This document shows positions 12,284 through 24,828 of a stretch of 64,000 bases of DNA, piece by piece. The stretch is taken from assembly GCF_003918875.1 (NCBI RefSeq), contig NW_025767033.1, forward strand, positions 248,001-312,000. The letters run 5' to 3'. The position numbers and the translations under genes are program-made. This stretch comes from Haliotis rubra. Lineage: Eukaryota. The notes under the pieces are model-generated. The model was not told where the DNA came from and made no database searches. It worked only from the letters and a program-made list of their open reading frames with translations. Numbering within the stretch: position 1 is the first letter of the stretch; each line of letters starts with the position of its first letter.

Positions 12284-13381
12284 TTGGTGACTTACCTCAT
12301 AGTATTCATACTTGTTGAAACAATTTTGAAACTTTTATACCACTCTGTGTACAATGTTCAGTGATATTTTAAGCTCACCTGATCTGAAAAAGTTATCCTG
12401 TGTTGTTTTTGTTTATCACCCACCATCTGCCTGTCAAAAACGTTTACTCTTTCAATATCACTTCTGAATCCATCCTGTGTAGAAAATATCTGATGCTTGA
12501 AACATCAATATAGCATTATTTTGGTTGTTCTAAATGAATCATATTGAAATGTGAGCGGAAAGTTTGCAGTGTGTTCTTGAAAGTGCTTTATCATTTGTCA
12601 TGGCCTTTGGTTATGTTTGTTGTGCATTTAAAGCTTCGACTATATTTTTACATTTTTTTATCTCTGTACTATTTTGATGGTCATGATCATTATGACTGTG
12701 TATAACAATCAGCATCCTGATTAATCCATGTTTGTGTTTGAAATATTCCAGGAAAAGTCCAACTACTAACTAGCACTTTAGCTTTGTTTGTATAACCCCT
12801 GTAGTACCAAGAGGTTGTGAAAAGTCACTAAGTGGAAAGGGTCGTTAGGCTCACTGACTTGGTAGATGGCGGGGATCATTATCACAATATCAGTCACTGG
12901 ATTGTCTGGTCCAGACTTGGTTCTCTACATGATGTCATAATGTGATTTGAATTTATCTGAAGCAAATGTAAGCAATATGAAAGGTAAAATCTGATTGTCT
13001 GTTTTGAAGGACATAGAAGGGGCGTAACTCTTAATAATAATTTTGGTCACATTACGATCACAATTGTTTAGCAAGGGTGGAAACTAGACTTGAACTGAGG
13101 GCAGTTGATTCCCTCACCTCAGGAAATACCAATCCAGGATTAAACATCACAAATGTTTGCTCCATTTTCATTTGTTTTTTAATGATGATTTCCCTCTTGT
13201 GCTATTGAAGAAGTGTTTCAGCTACCACACTCTAACTTAGTCTAAGGATGCAGTTTGTAAGAGACAGATTTCAGTGGTCTGATTATCCAACTGTTCACTG
13301 TTTATATATATAACTATTGAACTATGTTGAAGATATCCATCTCTAAACGTGACTAGATAACTGAATGTTCCTATATGTCCT

Positions 13382-13533
13382 GGGGCAGTGGGGTAGCCTA
13401 GTGGTTAAGGCGTTCGCTCGTCACGCTGAAGACCCGGGTTCAATTCCCCACATGGGCACAATGTGTAAAGTCCATTTCTGGTGTCCCCCGCCGTGATATT
13501 GTTAAAAAAACGGCGTAAAACGTAACTCACTCA
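13382..13533 (+). mobile_element. SINE family 1
   Basis: tRNA head, (ACTC)n tail, TSD ATGTCCTG. Confidence 0.9.
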
Positions 13534-14517
13534 TAAATGTCCTGCATCAGTTGTCAGCGATCTAACCAAGCTTTTTTGTCTAGTGGCTAAAGCTTAGAAG
13601 AGGCACTGTAAGGATATGCCTATCTTTGTATCCATTTATGATAAGGGTCTGTATCCATTTTTAGAAACTGAAGGGGCTCACTGGGAGCCTTGTGTAAGGG
13701 GGTAACAATGTTTCTATGCTGAGTTGTGTCCCTTGGTTGTGCCAGATACCTATGATTGTGTGTTCACATCCCTGTTCTCTCGGTTATATTTCAAAGATTG
13801 TCAGTATTGTACCAAACCTTGTGGCTTTCCTCTCATGCTGAGCTGAAACAAGGTGATTAAATGGAATACAGTGAAAACAGTGTTAAGTCACCTCCTGATA
13901 ACTACTCAAACAACTGTTACCTGACCAACTGTTATGGTTACTGCATATACCTCGAGTGATACTGCTACAACGAATTTATCTTGGTGATGTGTTTCAATTA
14001 CATTATACAAGGGATTTGTTCTCCCTTATAGAAATCCACATGCAGCCTGTTTCCTTTGTAAGCAGCTTTTCTTGGATTTATGTCTCCTGTTCGGAAGGGA
14101 TGCATAGTTTATTTTGCGATCCCTTGAAGCAATTATATTCTAGCAGTCACTGATATAAAATTACGAGAAACATTTACCTTGATCATTGATTATGATATAA
14201 ATAACTGTTTTGAACCAGGCTTGATTTGTCTTGCCTAGATTTGTTCATTTATAAGTTGCTATTAGCTGATTTTCCTTGGCCAGACTCAATTTACAAGCTG
14301 CCTTTCACTGATTTGTCTTGACCAGACTTCTTATATACAGGCATCTGCATCTGAAATATTGTTGAGTGAGGGGTTAATCAAGAAACTAACGACAAGAGAT
14401 GTACATTTTCTTTGTGCTTAGGCACAAGTAGCACAAAAATGTCAGTTGTTGTTTTTTAAAACAGAGCAGAGGTTGCATGCTCGTGTCAGAATGAGCATGT
14501 GACAGTCATTGTTACCA

Positions 14518-15026
14518 GACCCATGAAGATCCGGGTTAAATTGGTCTTCAGTAACCAATGCTTGTCATAAGAGGCTACTAACAGGATCGGGTGGTCAGGC
14601 TGGGTGGCTCGGTTGACACGTGTTATCTAGCCCAATTGTGTAGATTGATGCTCATGCTGATCACTGGATTGTCTGGTCCAGACTCGATTATTTACAGACC
14701 GCCGCCATATAGCTGGAATATTGCTGAGTGCTGCGTTAACAGCAAACCAACATTGTTACCATAGTAATGTCTTAAACAGCTGTTTGACCTTGTACGTGTC
14801 CTTGACCTCCCGTCTTGTTAAAGCGTAGCCATCCATTAAGTACCATGGGATCGGGTGTTCAGGCTGGCTGGCTTGGTTGACACATGTCATCGGTTCCCAA
14901 TTGCGCAGATCGATGCTCATGCTGTTGATCACTGGATTGTTTGGTCCAGACTGGATTATTTACAGACCGCAGCCATATAGCTGGAATATTGCTGAGTGCG
15001 GAGTAAAACTAAACTCACTCACTCAC
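14518..15026 (+). mobile_element. Two SINE-like family 2 copies (14518-14750 full length; 14848-15026 5'-truncated)
   Basis: TSDs CATTGTTACCA and CCATTAAGTAC respectively. Confidence 0.9.
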
Positions 15027-15692
15027 CCATTAAGTACGTCATATTCTAGGAGCTGTCTGGTGTGCATTGTTCATTTGTTGGGAGTTTGGAATACTGAGGG
15101 CTTCCATTTCACATCCACTGAGCGGGCATCATTAACATGTATTGTTGCATTTGTACTTATACAAATAGAGTAGAGTATTTATACAGTACTGGGTGCAATC
15201 ATCCTGATTAAAAGTGTGCAATGGAGACTTGGTGTTTTATTTACAATGTGTGAGAGGTATCCATGGGTGAAACAGTGCCTGTGTTGTAGGTGCTGGCAAG
15301 AGGACACCAGCCCTGGGAAGTGGTGTCCAGGTCGGATGCCATGAAATATTTATCTGTTACCAACTGGCAACATTTCAGTGATGGTATCGTATCCTCAAAT
15401 GACCGTTTTACACTAATGTACATCTATGTGTGGCTTAAATAAGAGCAGACGAATAAGCCTTGATCATCAGGCTGATCGACAGTTGCCACGCACATAACCT
15501 GCCAGAGTGCACATTTGCGTGAACACTAAATTTTGTCAATGACGCATTGAAAGTTGGTCTAATAATCCTGTACAGGATTCAGTTGCTGTGGAGTTGATGA
15601 CTGTTTCATAAAGTGCCAGCCCAACGTATTCCCCAGAAACTGTAACGGTCTTTGCGCTGATCCAAGTTCTGAAGGGAGATACTGATTGACGC

Positions 15693-15896
15693 CACAGGCC
15701 CTCTGTCTTTGCAAGGATTAAAGATTTTAAAAAAATATATAAAAAATTGACATGACCCCCGACTCGAAATGCTTCCCAGTACATTATGACAAGGCCTGTC
15801 ATGATGTATTGTAACGTAAAGCTTTTTGAGTCGGGGGTCATCTCAAAAACAATATTTTTTTTATCTTTAATCCTCACAAAGACACGAGGGCCTGTG
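15693..15896. mobile_element. Fully palindromic MITE
   Basis: CACAGGCCC.../...GGGCCTGTG hairpin along the whole 204 bp; 8-bp TSD ATTGACG(C/T). Confidence 0.85.
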
Positions 15897-16214
15897 ATTG
15901 ACGTCACTGACCATGAGACAGATCACAATGTCAGACGGGCTTGTTTGGACCAGACTTCACGTGTAGACTTATACACGCGATAACTTTTGTATATTGAGTA
16001 AAAATATTTAGTTTCTGTTCACATGTGATCCGCGCCCCCTGTTTTCAAAGTGAAAGTGATTTATAATTATTCCTTGTGTTCAAAAGGTCGTGTTGTTGGA
16101 GCATGTCACAAAGATCTCGTGTTTGCTGCAGGTTGAGGTGAAATACCTGTGTGCACGAGCATTTGTGTTGGTATGCCTGCCCTCGTGTGTGGGTTGTACT
16201 TGTCCGGATTAACA

Positions 16215-16452
16215 GACCCGTGAAGATCCGGGTTAGAATAGATCTTCAACAACCCATGCTCGTCGTTAAAAGCGATTAACGCGACCGGGTGGTCAGACTC
16301 GCCAAGTCGGATGTCATCGTATCCCAATTGCGTAGATCGATGCTCATGCTGTTGATCACTGGATTGTCTGGTCCAGACTCGATTATTTACAGACCGACGT
16401 CATATAGCTGGAATATTGCTGAGTGCAACGTTAAACAATAACCCAACCAACC
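16215..16452 (+). mobile_element. SINE-like family 2, full length
   Basis: Starts GACCCGTGAAGATCC; TSD CCGGATTAA. Confidence 0.9.
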
Positions 16453-18386
16453 GGATTAATACTCGGTTTATGATGCCAGTCATTGGGGATACCCTGCGGC
16501 TGTTAAACAAGAGTACCCGACTCTGACACCCTATACTGAACCCGAATGGCCAGAGCAAGACAGGATAACAAGAGGTACCATCGTTTTCGCTCTCCGGGCA
16601 GAAGCTCTCTAGACCAATCCAAGGAGGGGAACACGGTTGCTGGAATGATGTTGCCATGGAAACATTTCACATATCTGTCGCTTGAAAACGACGAAAGAAA
16701 CTTTCAGATTTGATGTGAAGGACGTTTTCCCACTTTGTCCGACTGATTCATGTTTACATGTTAACAGACGGCACTAGATCACGGCATGGCAATAGCCGTT
16801 TATTGGTTGATCTCCACTGTCACGTGACAGTATTTGTATTGCAGCTAATTCATTCTATTTATTAACAATCATACTTTCCATGACATCAAGAGCATCTACT
16901 CCACTCGTATCTGCACACATGTACGTGCAAATGCACACACTTATGTTTGTATAAATACGTGAGTAAAAGTATATATATATTGTGGAAAAAGGCGCCCAAT
17001 GTGCTGTCATGAGTTGCGCCCCTTAAAGGGGACTGCCGCCATATTGCTGAGGGCGGCGTTAAACACCAACCAACCATCACCGCGTCAAAGAAGAATTATT
17101 TTGTTTACAAAATATACATGATACTGATATTAATATCAACTGTTACAAAGGCACATACATGTACATGTGATAATTCATATGAGACTCTTAAAAAATGTAT
17201 TAATGTAAATAATGAACATCTATGAATAATTAATATCCAATCACAATGGTATGACAATTTTGGCAGGAAATATAAATTTTACGTCCTTGTATCTTAATGG
17301 CCAGTCATATATCACTTGTTTAAAGCGCGTTCAACAGATCATGTATGTCGTGTTATGCTTTTGAATGCAGGCCGTGAAGTAACGCAACACGTTTGCATTA
17401 TATTCAGTTCACAATATATTCATTGCTGCCAACTAGTGATCCCTTGTAATCGAACTACATGGCTCTAGGTGACACGTCCACGGACTTTAATAGAGAGGAT
17501 TAAATACACAACACTGGTTGTTGGTAGAAGCATGTCTGGGAACAACAAAGGGAGGTAATAAATATATACTTGATATTTACACATATGATCACAATCAATT
17601 GTCTTTTAAGAAAAGCAAGATCAGTCTAGGGCCTGTGAATACCTCGACTCACTCTCGTCCCTGATTTTCGAGTGAAATATATCAATTTTATTATGTTAAA
17701 TACCTTGCACCCATTCGTGGCCAATCGTTGAATTCAATTGCGGAGAGCATTCGTAACTACTCGTGTCATTCCGGCAAGCCGGATGGCGTCTCGTACCCCT
17801 CTAGTGGCCATGTTTACGACTGGGCCCTGTCTAAGCGCAAACGGACATGGAGATATAACTCTGAATTTCCAAACATGGCTCCTAGAATATCCTATATCCC
17901 GTGGGCAAAACAGCAATACAGTCATTTCCTTTGTAAACATGTTTCAGTGTTTAAAGTTTCTGATCCTTTAACTCAAAGTTTATGTTTAAATTGTGCTTTG
18001 CATAGTTTACCGAAGTTCCAAACTTCAACGGTGTCACCATTTTCATGCTTCGAAATGCGTTTTACTACGCGCAATTTGATTGGTTTGCCACGATTCTTGG
18101 CAATAATGGCGTACGATAGGGGTACGAGTCTTCATGTAGGTCACGGAAAGAGGCGAGTAGTTACGAATGTTGCGGAGAGAAGCGATTGGTGGCGAATGTC
18201 ATTCACTTCCGGAGCTTCGTTTCGGAAGGACATCCCAATCTCCACCATATCACCAAGTTGGAGCCTAATTTATCTTGCTAATGGGTATGACAACAAATCT
18301 TAAGACTTTTGAGAGTTCGTCTTAAATCCAATCATTTGGTAATCGAGGATGATGTTCCCGAAAGTCATTACAGCCGTTTCTGTTTC

Positions 18387-21148
18387 CTAAAGGAAAGCAT
18401 CTTGTGTGATTTCTTGGTTGTTGGAATGTCTGTCAACAAACACATCCGCAATGTCGTTCTTTCCCATCTCACGTAGTGCACGCTCCATGTACTTCACCCG
18501 GTCCCTCGTCTTCACGTCCGCCGTCAGTTCCTTCCACAACAGAAGACACTTCTCCGCAACAGATATGCGAAGCTTCTCGTTCTCTTCTGATATGCCGTCG
18601 TCGGTGATGGCGTAGATGCAGTTGACGATGGTTGTGGTGGGGATGTTGAGCATCATGGCCAGCACGACGCCGTTGAGGTTCTCCGGTCCTATATTACGGG
18701 CCAGCATCACCAGACTGGAGTCGGTGAGGACTTCTACGTCCTTCTTGGGCGGGGCTGTGTTGACTGCAACATAGGGAGGAAGTTTCTGAGTTAACACGTT
18801 TCAGTTTGTGAGAGTGCAAGTGATGGTAGTGAGTTTAACAATGCTTTCAACTAAAGTCCAGTTGAAGGAAAACCAAGTTCTATGGATAGTCAACTTCTTT
18901 ATTGCGACGTTTCGGTGTAGGTACTAACACCGTTATCAAGCAAGTGATCACTTGCTTCATAACGGTGTTAGTATACCTACACCGAAACGTCGCACTCATT
19001 GCAATAAAGAAGTTGACGATCCATAGAACTTGGTTTTCCTTCATCTATACAACTTCTAAAATGCCTCTCAAAGAAATTAAAGTCTAGCTATTTGATATGG
19101 CAGGAAAAGTGATGTAGAGTTCAGACTTCCACTTCGGTGAAACGCACTGTGGGCTGAAAAACGTAGAAACTTAATCGTCAAGAACCAGGCTAGCTATTCT
19201 CGAACGTCCGTAGCCTACGAACTTCGTAAGCCCATTCTCATAACACATTGGCCTACGATCAAAGTTAAGAATTCTTAGGGTTTATCATAGGCTCACGATC
19301 GGGAAACAGGATTCGAACGCACAACAACAGGTGTCTTTTCATGCCCAGTGTAGGCAGCTCTACACAGCAATTTGCGGTTAGGCGACCCATTATCCATCCG
19401 AGTACATGTGGGTGAATGAATTTGGCTTATTGTGGCTTTGAACAGTATTCCAGCTGTATTATGACGTGTTTGATAAAACGTGGAATGTTTTAGACTTTCA
19501 CCACTTTTGTGAAACAATCTGACACGGGTATTGTGCTGAGGAAACCTAAAACCAGAATCGGGATTCGAAACCATAATCACAGGTTTCTGGTGAGTCGGTG
19601 AAAAATATCTAGTTGATAATGTAACAAATAATGCATTATGGCCTTAACAGTTCGCGTGTCAAGGCTACTAGCAAAACAGGGTATCTTTATACACCTCATT
19701 TACAAAGATCGGTAAGTCCAATTACTACACTAGTCCCCGCGACTTGCAATGCTCCTGTTGTGTATTGATTGCCCATTTTATGAATCCATGGGTCATTGTA
19801 ATGTCTCGCGATTTAATCGTTTGTTATTTCCGGCTAGAATATGCCTAAGTAGCCTAGGTTTGCCGTTCGATAGGTTGAGTCGCTCGGATAGTCACGGTGG
19901 CCTGGTCGTTTGTCATCGTAACCTGGTGGGATAGGACATCACTCATGTAAATGACTGGACTCTCTGGTGCAGAATCGGTAGTTGAGAGAAATCTGAAAGT
20001 AGCTGGTATATTTCTGAGTGCGACGTTAAAAACGAAAGTAGACACAAAAACATGGTTGCATGCGCGTAACTACGTAAAAGTATAATTTTGGGCTTCGTAT
20101 GAAATGAAGTACATGAGGCAGATTACATGAAGTCTTTGTTTTCACTCCGGTACAAGGGGGTTCAAGTCACCTATGTGTCACTTGTCCCTTGAGTCCTGAG
20201 GTCCAGTTGTACGTCACCTATAGTGCTGGTTTCATGTCACCTGGAGTCCTGAGGTCCAGTTCTACGTCACCTATAGTGCTTGTCTCATGTCACCTGGAGT
20301 CCTAAAGGTCCAGCTTTACGTCACCTATAGTGCTTGTCTCATGTCACCTGGAGTCCTGAGGTCCAGCTTTACGTCACCTATAGTGCTGGTCTCATGTCAC
20401 CTGGAGTCCTGAGGTCCAGCTTTACGTCACCTATAGTGCTTGTCTCATGTCACCTGGAGTCCTAAAGGTCCAGCTTTACGTCACCTATAGTGCTTGTCTC
20501 ATGTCACCTGGAGTCCTGAGGTCCAGCTTTACGTCACCTATAGTGCTTGTCTCATGTCACCTGGAGTCCTGAGGTCCAGCTTTACGTCACCTATAGTGCT
20601 GGTCTCATGTCACCTGGAGTCCTGAGGTCCAGCTTTACGTCACCTATAGTGCTGGTTTCATGTCACCCGAGTCCTGAAGTCCAGCTTTACGTCACCTATA
20701 GTGCTTGTCTCATGTCACCTGGAGTCCTGAGGTCCAGCTTTACGTCACCTATAGTGCTGGTCTCATGTCACCTGGAGTCCTGAGGTCCATCTTTACGTCA
20801 CCTACAGTGCTTGTCTCATGTCACCTGGAGTCCTGAGGTCCAGCTTTACGTCACCTATAGTGCTGGTCTCATGTCACCTGGAGTCCTGAGGTCCAGCTTT
20901 ACGTCACCTATAGTGCTGGTTTCATGTCACTTGAGTCCTGAGGTCCAGCTTTACGTCACCTATAGCGCTGGTTTTATGTCACCTGGAGTCCTGAGGCCCA
21001 GCTGTACGTCACCTATAGCGCTGGTCACATGTCACCTGTAGTCCTTGGTTAGGGATTACAAAAAAATCAGGATTACAGTTTTACACAGAAATCAAGAAAA
21101 TACCTTACATCTTACTGAACGCTTTCCGGGTTTGGTCCTCGCTTCCAT
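18387..21148 (-). CDS. Small (~138 aa) death-domain-like protein with an N-terminal RVxF-type motif
   Basis: Exon 2 (18763-18387) reads LTDSSLVMLARNIG...LAMMLNIP...CLLLWKE...MERALREMGKNDIAD, a death-fold-like helical pattern, after acceptor tgttgcag (phase 1). Candidate exon 1 (21148-21109, MEARTKPGKRSVR+T|gtaagg) is phase 1, with TATAAG ~100 nt upstream. Exon 1 is less certain than exon 2. Confidence 0.72.
18863..19077. mobile_element. Penelope-like palindromic insert with two opposed hammerhead-like cores
   Basis: ~180-bp near-perfect palindrome centred on GTGATCAC; tail TTCTAAAATGCC(T/A)CTCAAAG shared with the 9381 element; TSD TAAAGTC(C/T)AG. Confidence 0.75.
20166..21044. repeat. 53-bp minisatellite, ~16 copies, in the intron of the death-domain gene
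   Basis: Unit GTCACCTATAGTGCTGGTCTCATGTCACCTGGAGTCCTGAGGTCCAGCTTTAC. Confidence 0.97.
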
Positions 21149-22217
21149 CGTATCCGAATGTACGTCGATCCAAACACAAATATCACCTCCAAGACCGTGT
21201 ACGTTCACCCTACCCCAACAAAACACTGATCCAAACAGCAGCGCCTTATAAACAGACGTGATCGTTAAAAATGCCAAAGTCTCAACACGCTTGTCCTTTC
21301 AATACCGAGAGAAAGCTTATAAGTAAATCCTTACTGAATATGAAAATACTCTCGGCCACCTTCTTCTTCAGATCTTCAGCCGAAGTGCCACACGTTTTGT
21401 TTAAGAGCTTATTGAAAGTCCAACGCGGAATCACAAATAATTACTGGTTGACCTGCCACAATGGACTCGTCCAGACTTTATTACCTCTGCCATAATCTCA
21501 ACACGCACATAAAAGCAGAGAAGTGCAATTATCAGCATTATTGCTGCCAGTTGTTGATTAATTGGCCTCTCAGTCACAAACTCTATTGACTCGTGGGCAG
21601 CGTTCTAAAGGTTGAGTGGATATAATCGGCGCTTTTGTTATCGGTTATTACAAGGTAAAAATGCAAGGTAAATAAATCACTGCTTCGCGGATCGAGTGAC
21701 AAAGATACATAAAGTGTTTGCAAATCACGGTGTTAGGTGCTCAGCTCCACACATACAGATCTATTGTTGTGTTTGGGTATCTCTTGACATTGTCAGTCGG
21801 GTGGATAAGGTCGTGTTTCGGGTCAGGTAACAGTGAATGTTTGATTACAGGTGGGAAGGACACCTGGTAACAGACTCCGCAGAGGTGGATGGGCGAGGGG
21901 TATACAGAAATAATGTACCCGGAATATTGAAAACAGATATATTTTTCAGCTGATGCTCCTAAATAACATGATGCACTTTTAAAGGTAGTCATCGATCCCC
22001 CACCCCAGTCGCTGCATAACCCAAACGAGGCTTAAAGTAATGTGCTATTTTTAGCGTCCGGGTTTGTATGACACATTAGTCCTGACTGGCAGTTAAAACA
22101 GCACTGGGTTGTACGAAGGGACACTCATTGCGACGTATCAGGTAGGTCACGTGTTATCAAAGGTCCCCAAGTCTTTGGGCATTGCTCGATAGCTTCCTCG
22201 GAACAATAAAGTATTTA

Positions 22218-22590
22218 TATGTTTCCACACTTCGAAATTGGTAAATCTTTGTTGCTGATGTATAACTAGCTCGAGCATGCCTGTAACCCACGAAGTTTGT
22301 TGCTGGAGTGATGCACTCCCTGACTTTGTATACCTATGTTTTCACACTTCGAAATTAGTAAATCTTTGTTGCTGATGTATAACTAGCTCGAGCATGCCTG
22401 TAACCCATGAAGTTTGCTGCTGGAGTCGTGCACTCCCTGACTTTGTATACTAGTAACTATATTTTCTTACTTTGAAAATTTGTAACTCTTTGTTGCCAAT
22501 ATGTATCCAGCCCTAACATGGAGTTGTGTACTCCCTGTCTTTGTATACCTATCTGAAATGAATAAAAATATTTAAAAAATATAAAAAAAT
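22218..22590 (+). repeat. ~115-bp unit repeated ~2.7 times, ending in AATAAA plus an A-rich tail (retroelement 3' end)
   Basis: Repeated CACACTTCGAAATT...CTAGCTCGAGCATGCCTGTAACCCA...CACTCCCTGACTTTGTATAC. Confidence 0.75.
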
Positions 22591-24160
22591 GCAATTAATT
22601 GTGATTCCTTTCTAGTTAATCCGTTAGTTTTATCATAGCTCATATGTCAAACAGTGCAACAGTAAGCCGGGACGCCAGAAGGTCTACTTAAGGGGGATTA
22701 GCAATACGTTCAAGATTATTGTTCAAGATTATTGCACTTATATATATACCGACGTGCATGCTTGTGTGTAAGGCTGCTTGTACTAGTCTGGACTGACATG
22801 TTTTATTGTGCTTGGGCGCTGAAACACCAGGTTATTGATACCTCACACAGACACATGACACCGACTCCAAACAGACAAGTCCTTGTTTTATCGCTTTATG
22901 CCGAACACCAGCCAGTCTTTTCAGAACGACCGCCTCTGGAAAGAATACTTTAACTAAAGAAAACCCCTGTTATGCTGGACATTGACGCTTACCACTATGA
23001 TAGTGTAAAGTATAAACCAAGGATCGTAATCTGCGTCAATCTAGGATTCGAACCTTCAATATTCGGATTTTAGCAATATTTAGGTAATTGAACCGATGAT
23101 GCCCCCGTCATGGGTTGAGGTGTTTGAGAATATTTTTTTTTAGTTTTAGTGGTTGTTTAACGCCCCAGCACTTTACCGGTCTGTGAATAACATATGCTGA
23201 ATGAGACCATCCAGTGATTGATATTATGAGAAACATCTCTTGCCATGATACGTAATCAAACAAGACACCGGGCTTGACCACCCGATCCATTCAGTCGCCT
23301 CTTACAAGCATCGGCTGTAGGGTCCTATTCTAACCCAGAATCCCTATCGACTGTTTGTGACATTGTCACAAGCACCAGGCGTATTCAACCAGGTTGTCAT
23401 GACAACAGGAATCTGAAATTTAACTTGTTAACTGTATGAAACACGTCTTTATAATGAAATAGTATGTTTGGTGATAAAATGCATATAATTTCAATATTTA
23501 ACACCTCACATGGTTACTATATGTAGAGCTTATTTCCGCTCTGTCCCGTTGTGATATTGCTGGAATATTGCTAAAAGCGGCGTAAAAGTATGTTCACTCG
23601 ATAACTCGAGTCGGATGGCACATGAACGATGACACATCTAAGATTTACAAAATATGGGTTCCAGGATTTGGGGGATGTCAGTTCGAATCCCACTGTCAAC
23701 CTAATTATGGTCACTGGTTTGTAAGTACTCAACACAGGAAACAGTCTACATGCTCATTAACTTAAATGAGTGAGTGAGTTAAACTTTTAGGTCACATCGG
23801 CAGTATTTCAGCCATATCGTGACTATATCAAGTTATATATTTACAATAATTTTAGGTAAATTATATTAAAAAACTGTCAACGAAAATCAGTAAAAGAACT
23901 AGTTTATCACAGATATAATTTTAAAACTAGTAATTAAATGTAAAACATTTTAACTATACAAGACGATACAATATAAAAACAGGCTATAGATCGCCAACAA
24001 CTGAAGGTAGATCACCATATCAGGGACCATAGGGACTTACAGTACGTTTGCTACCTACACGAACCCTTGTTGGATTTACACCATCCCTTTAGCCGGTGGC
24101 GATGGTAGGAAAATTTAGCCATAATTTAAAATAACAAATATTCTACGATTAAAAAGCATG

Positions 24161-24326
24161 GTGAGTGAGTGAGTTTAGTTTTACGCCGCTTTTAGCAATA
24201 TTCTAGCAATATATCACGGCGGGGGACACCAGAAATGGGCTTCACACATTGTACCCATGTAAGGAATCGAACCCGGTCTTCGGCGTGACGAACGAACGCT
24301 TTAACCACTAGGCTACCCCACCGGCC
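24161..24326 (-). mobile_element. SINE family 1
   Basis: Full copy; TSD TAAAAAGCATGGT. Confidence 0.9.
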
Positions 24327-24652
24327 TAAAAAGCATGGTTGAGATAAATTGACATTGAATGTTTTGGGACTTACGGACTGATGCTCAATAAATCAAACCT
24401 GTCACTCATATTTAGATTTCGAGTATAGGGGCTATTTTTAATGAGGCTGCTAATGAAGAGTCATTCAGACTGTTTGTTCCTCAGCGCGAGAGCTATCAAA
24501 CCAGACAATCTAATAACTGATATAACGGGCATCGGTGAAGACAATTGGTATACGATGACCATGTCTGACCACGTGTAGTTTCTCACAATAACCGGTTGTT
24601 GGGCACACATATACCTACCCAGAATTACCGCGGGTCAGATTTCACCTTATAT

Positions 24653-24828
24653 GAGTGACTGACTGACTGAGTGAGTTTGGTTTAACGCCGCTTTTAGCAA
24701 TATTCCTGCAATATCACGGCGGGGCACACCAGAAATGAGCTTCAAACATTGTACCCATGTGGGGAATCGAACCCGGGTCTTCGGCGTGACGAGCCAACGC
24801 TTTAACCATCAGGCTACCCCACCGCCCC
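24653..24828 (-). mobile_element. SINE family 1
   Basis: Full copy matching the family consensus. Confidence 0.9.

Noticed and set aside
17728-18303. 191-aa plus-strand ORF
   Set aside because: TTG start, no recognisable domain, and antisense to the probable 3' region of the death-domain gene.
20166-21044. CRISPR-like array, or coding repeat ORFs 20547-21041
   Set aside because: The units are contiguous with no unique spacers, there are no cas genes, and the context is eukaryotic. The 53-bp period is not a multiple of 3.
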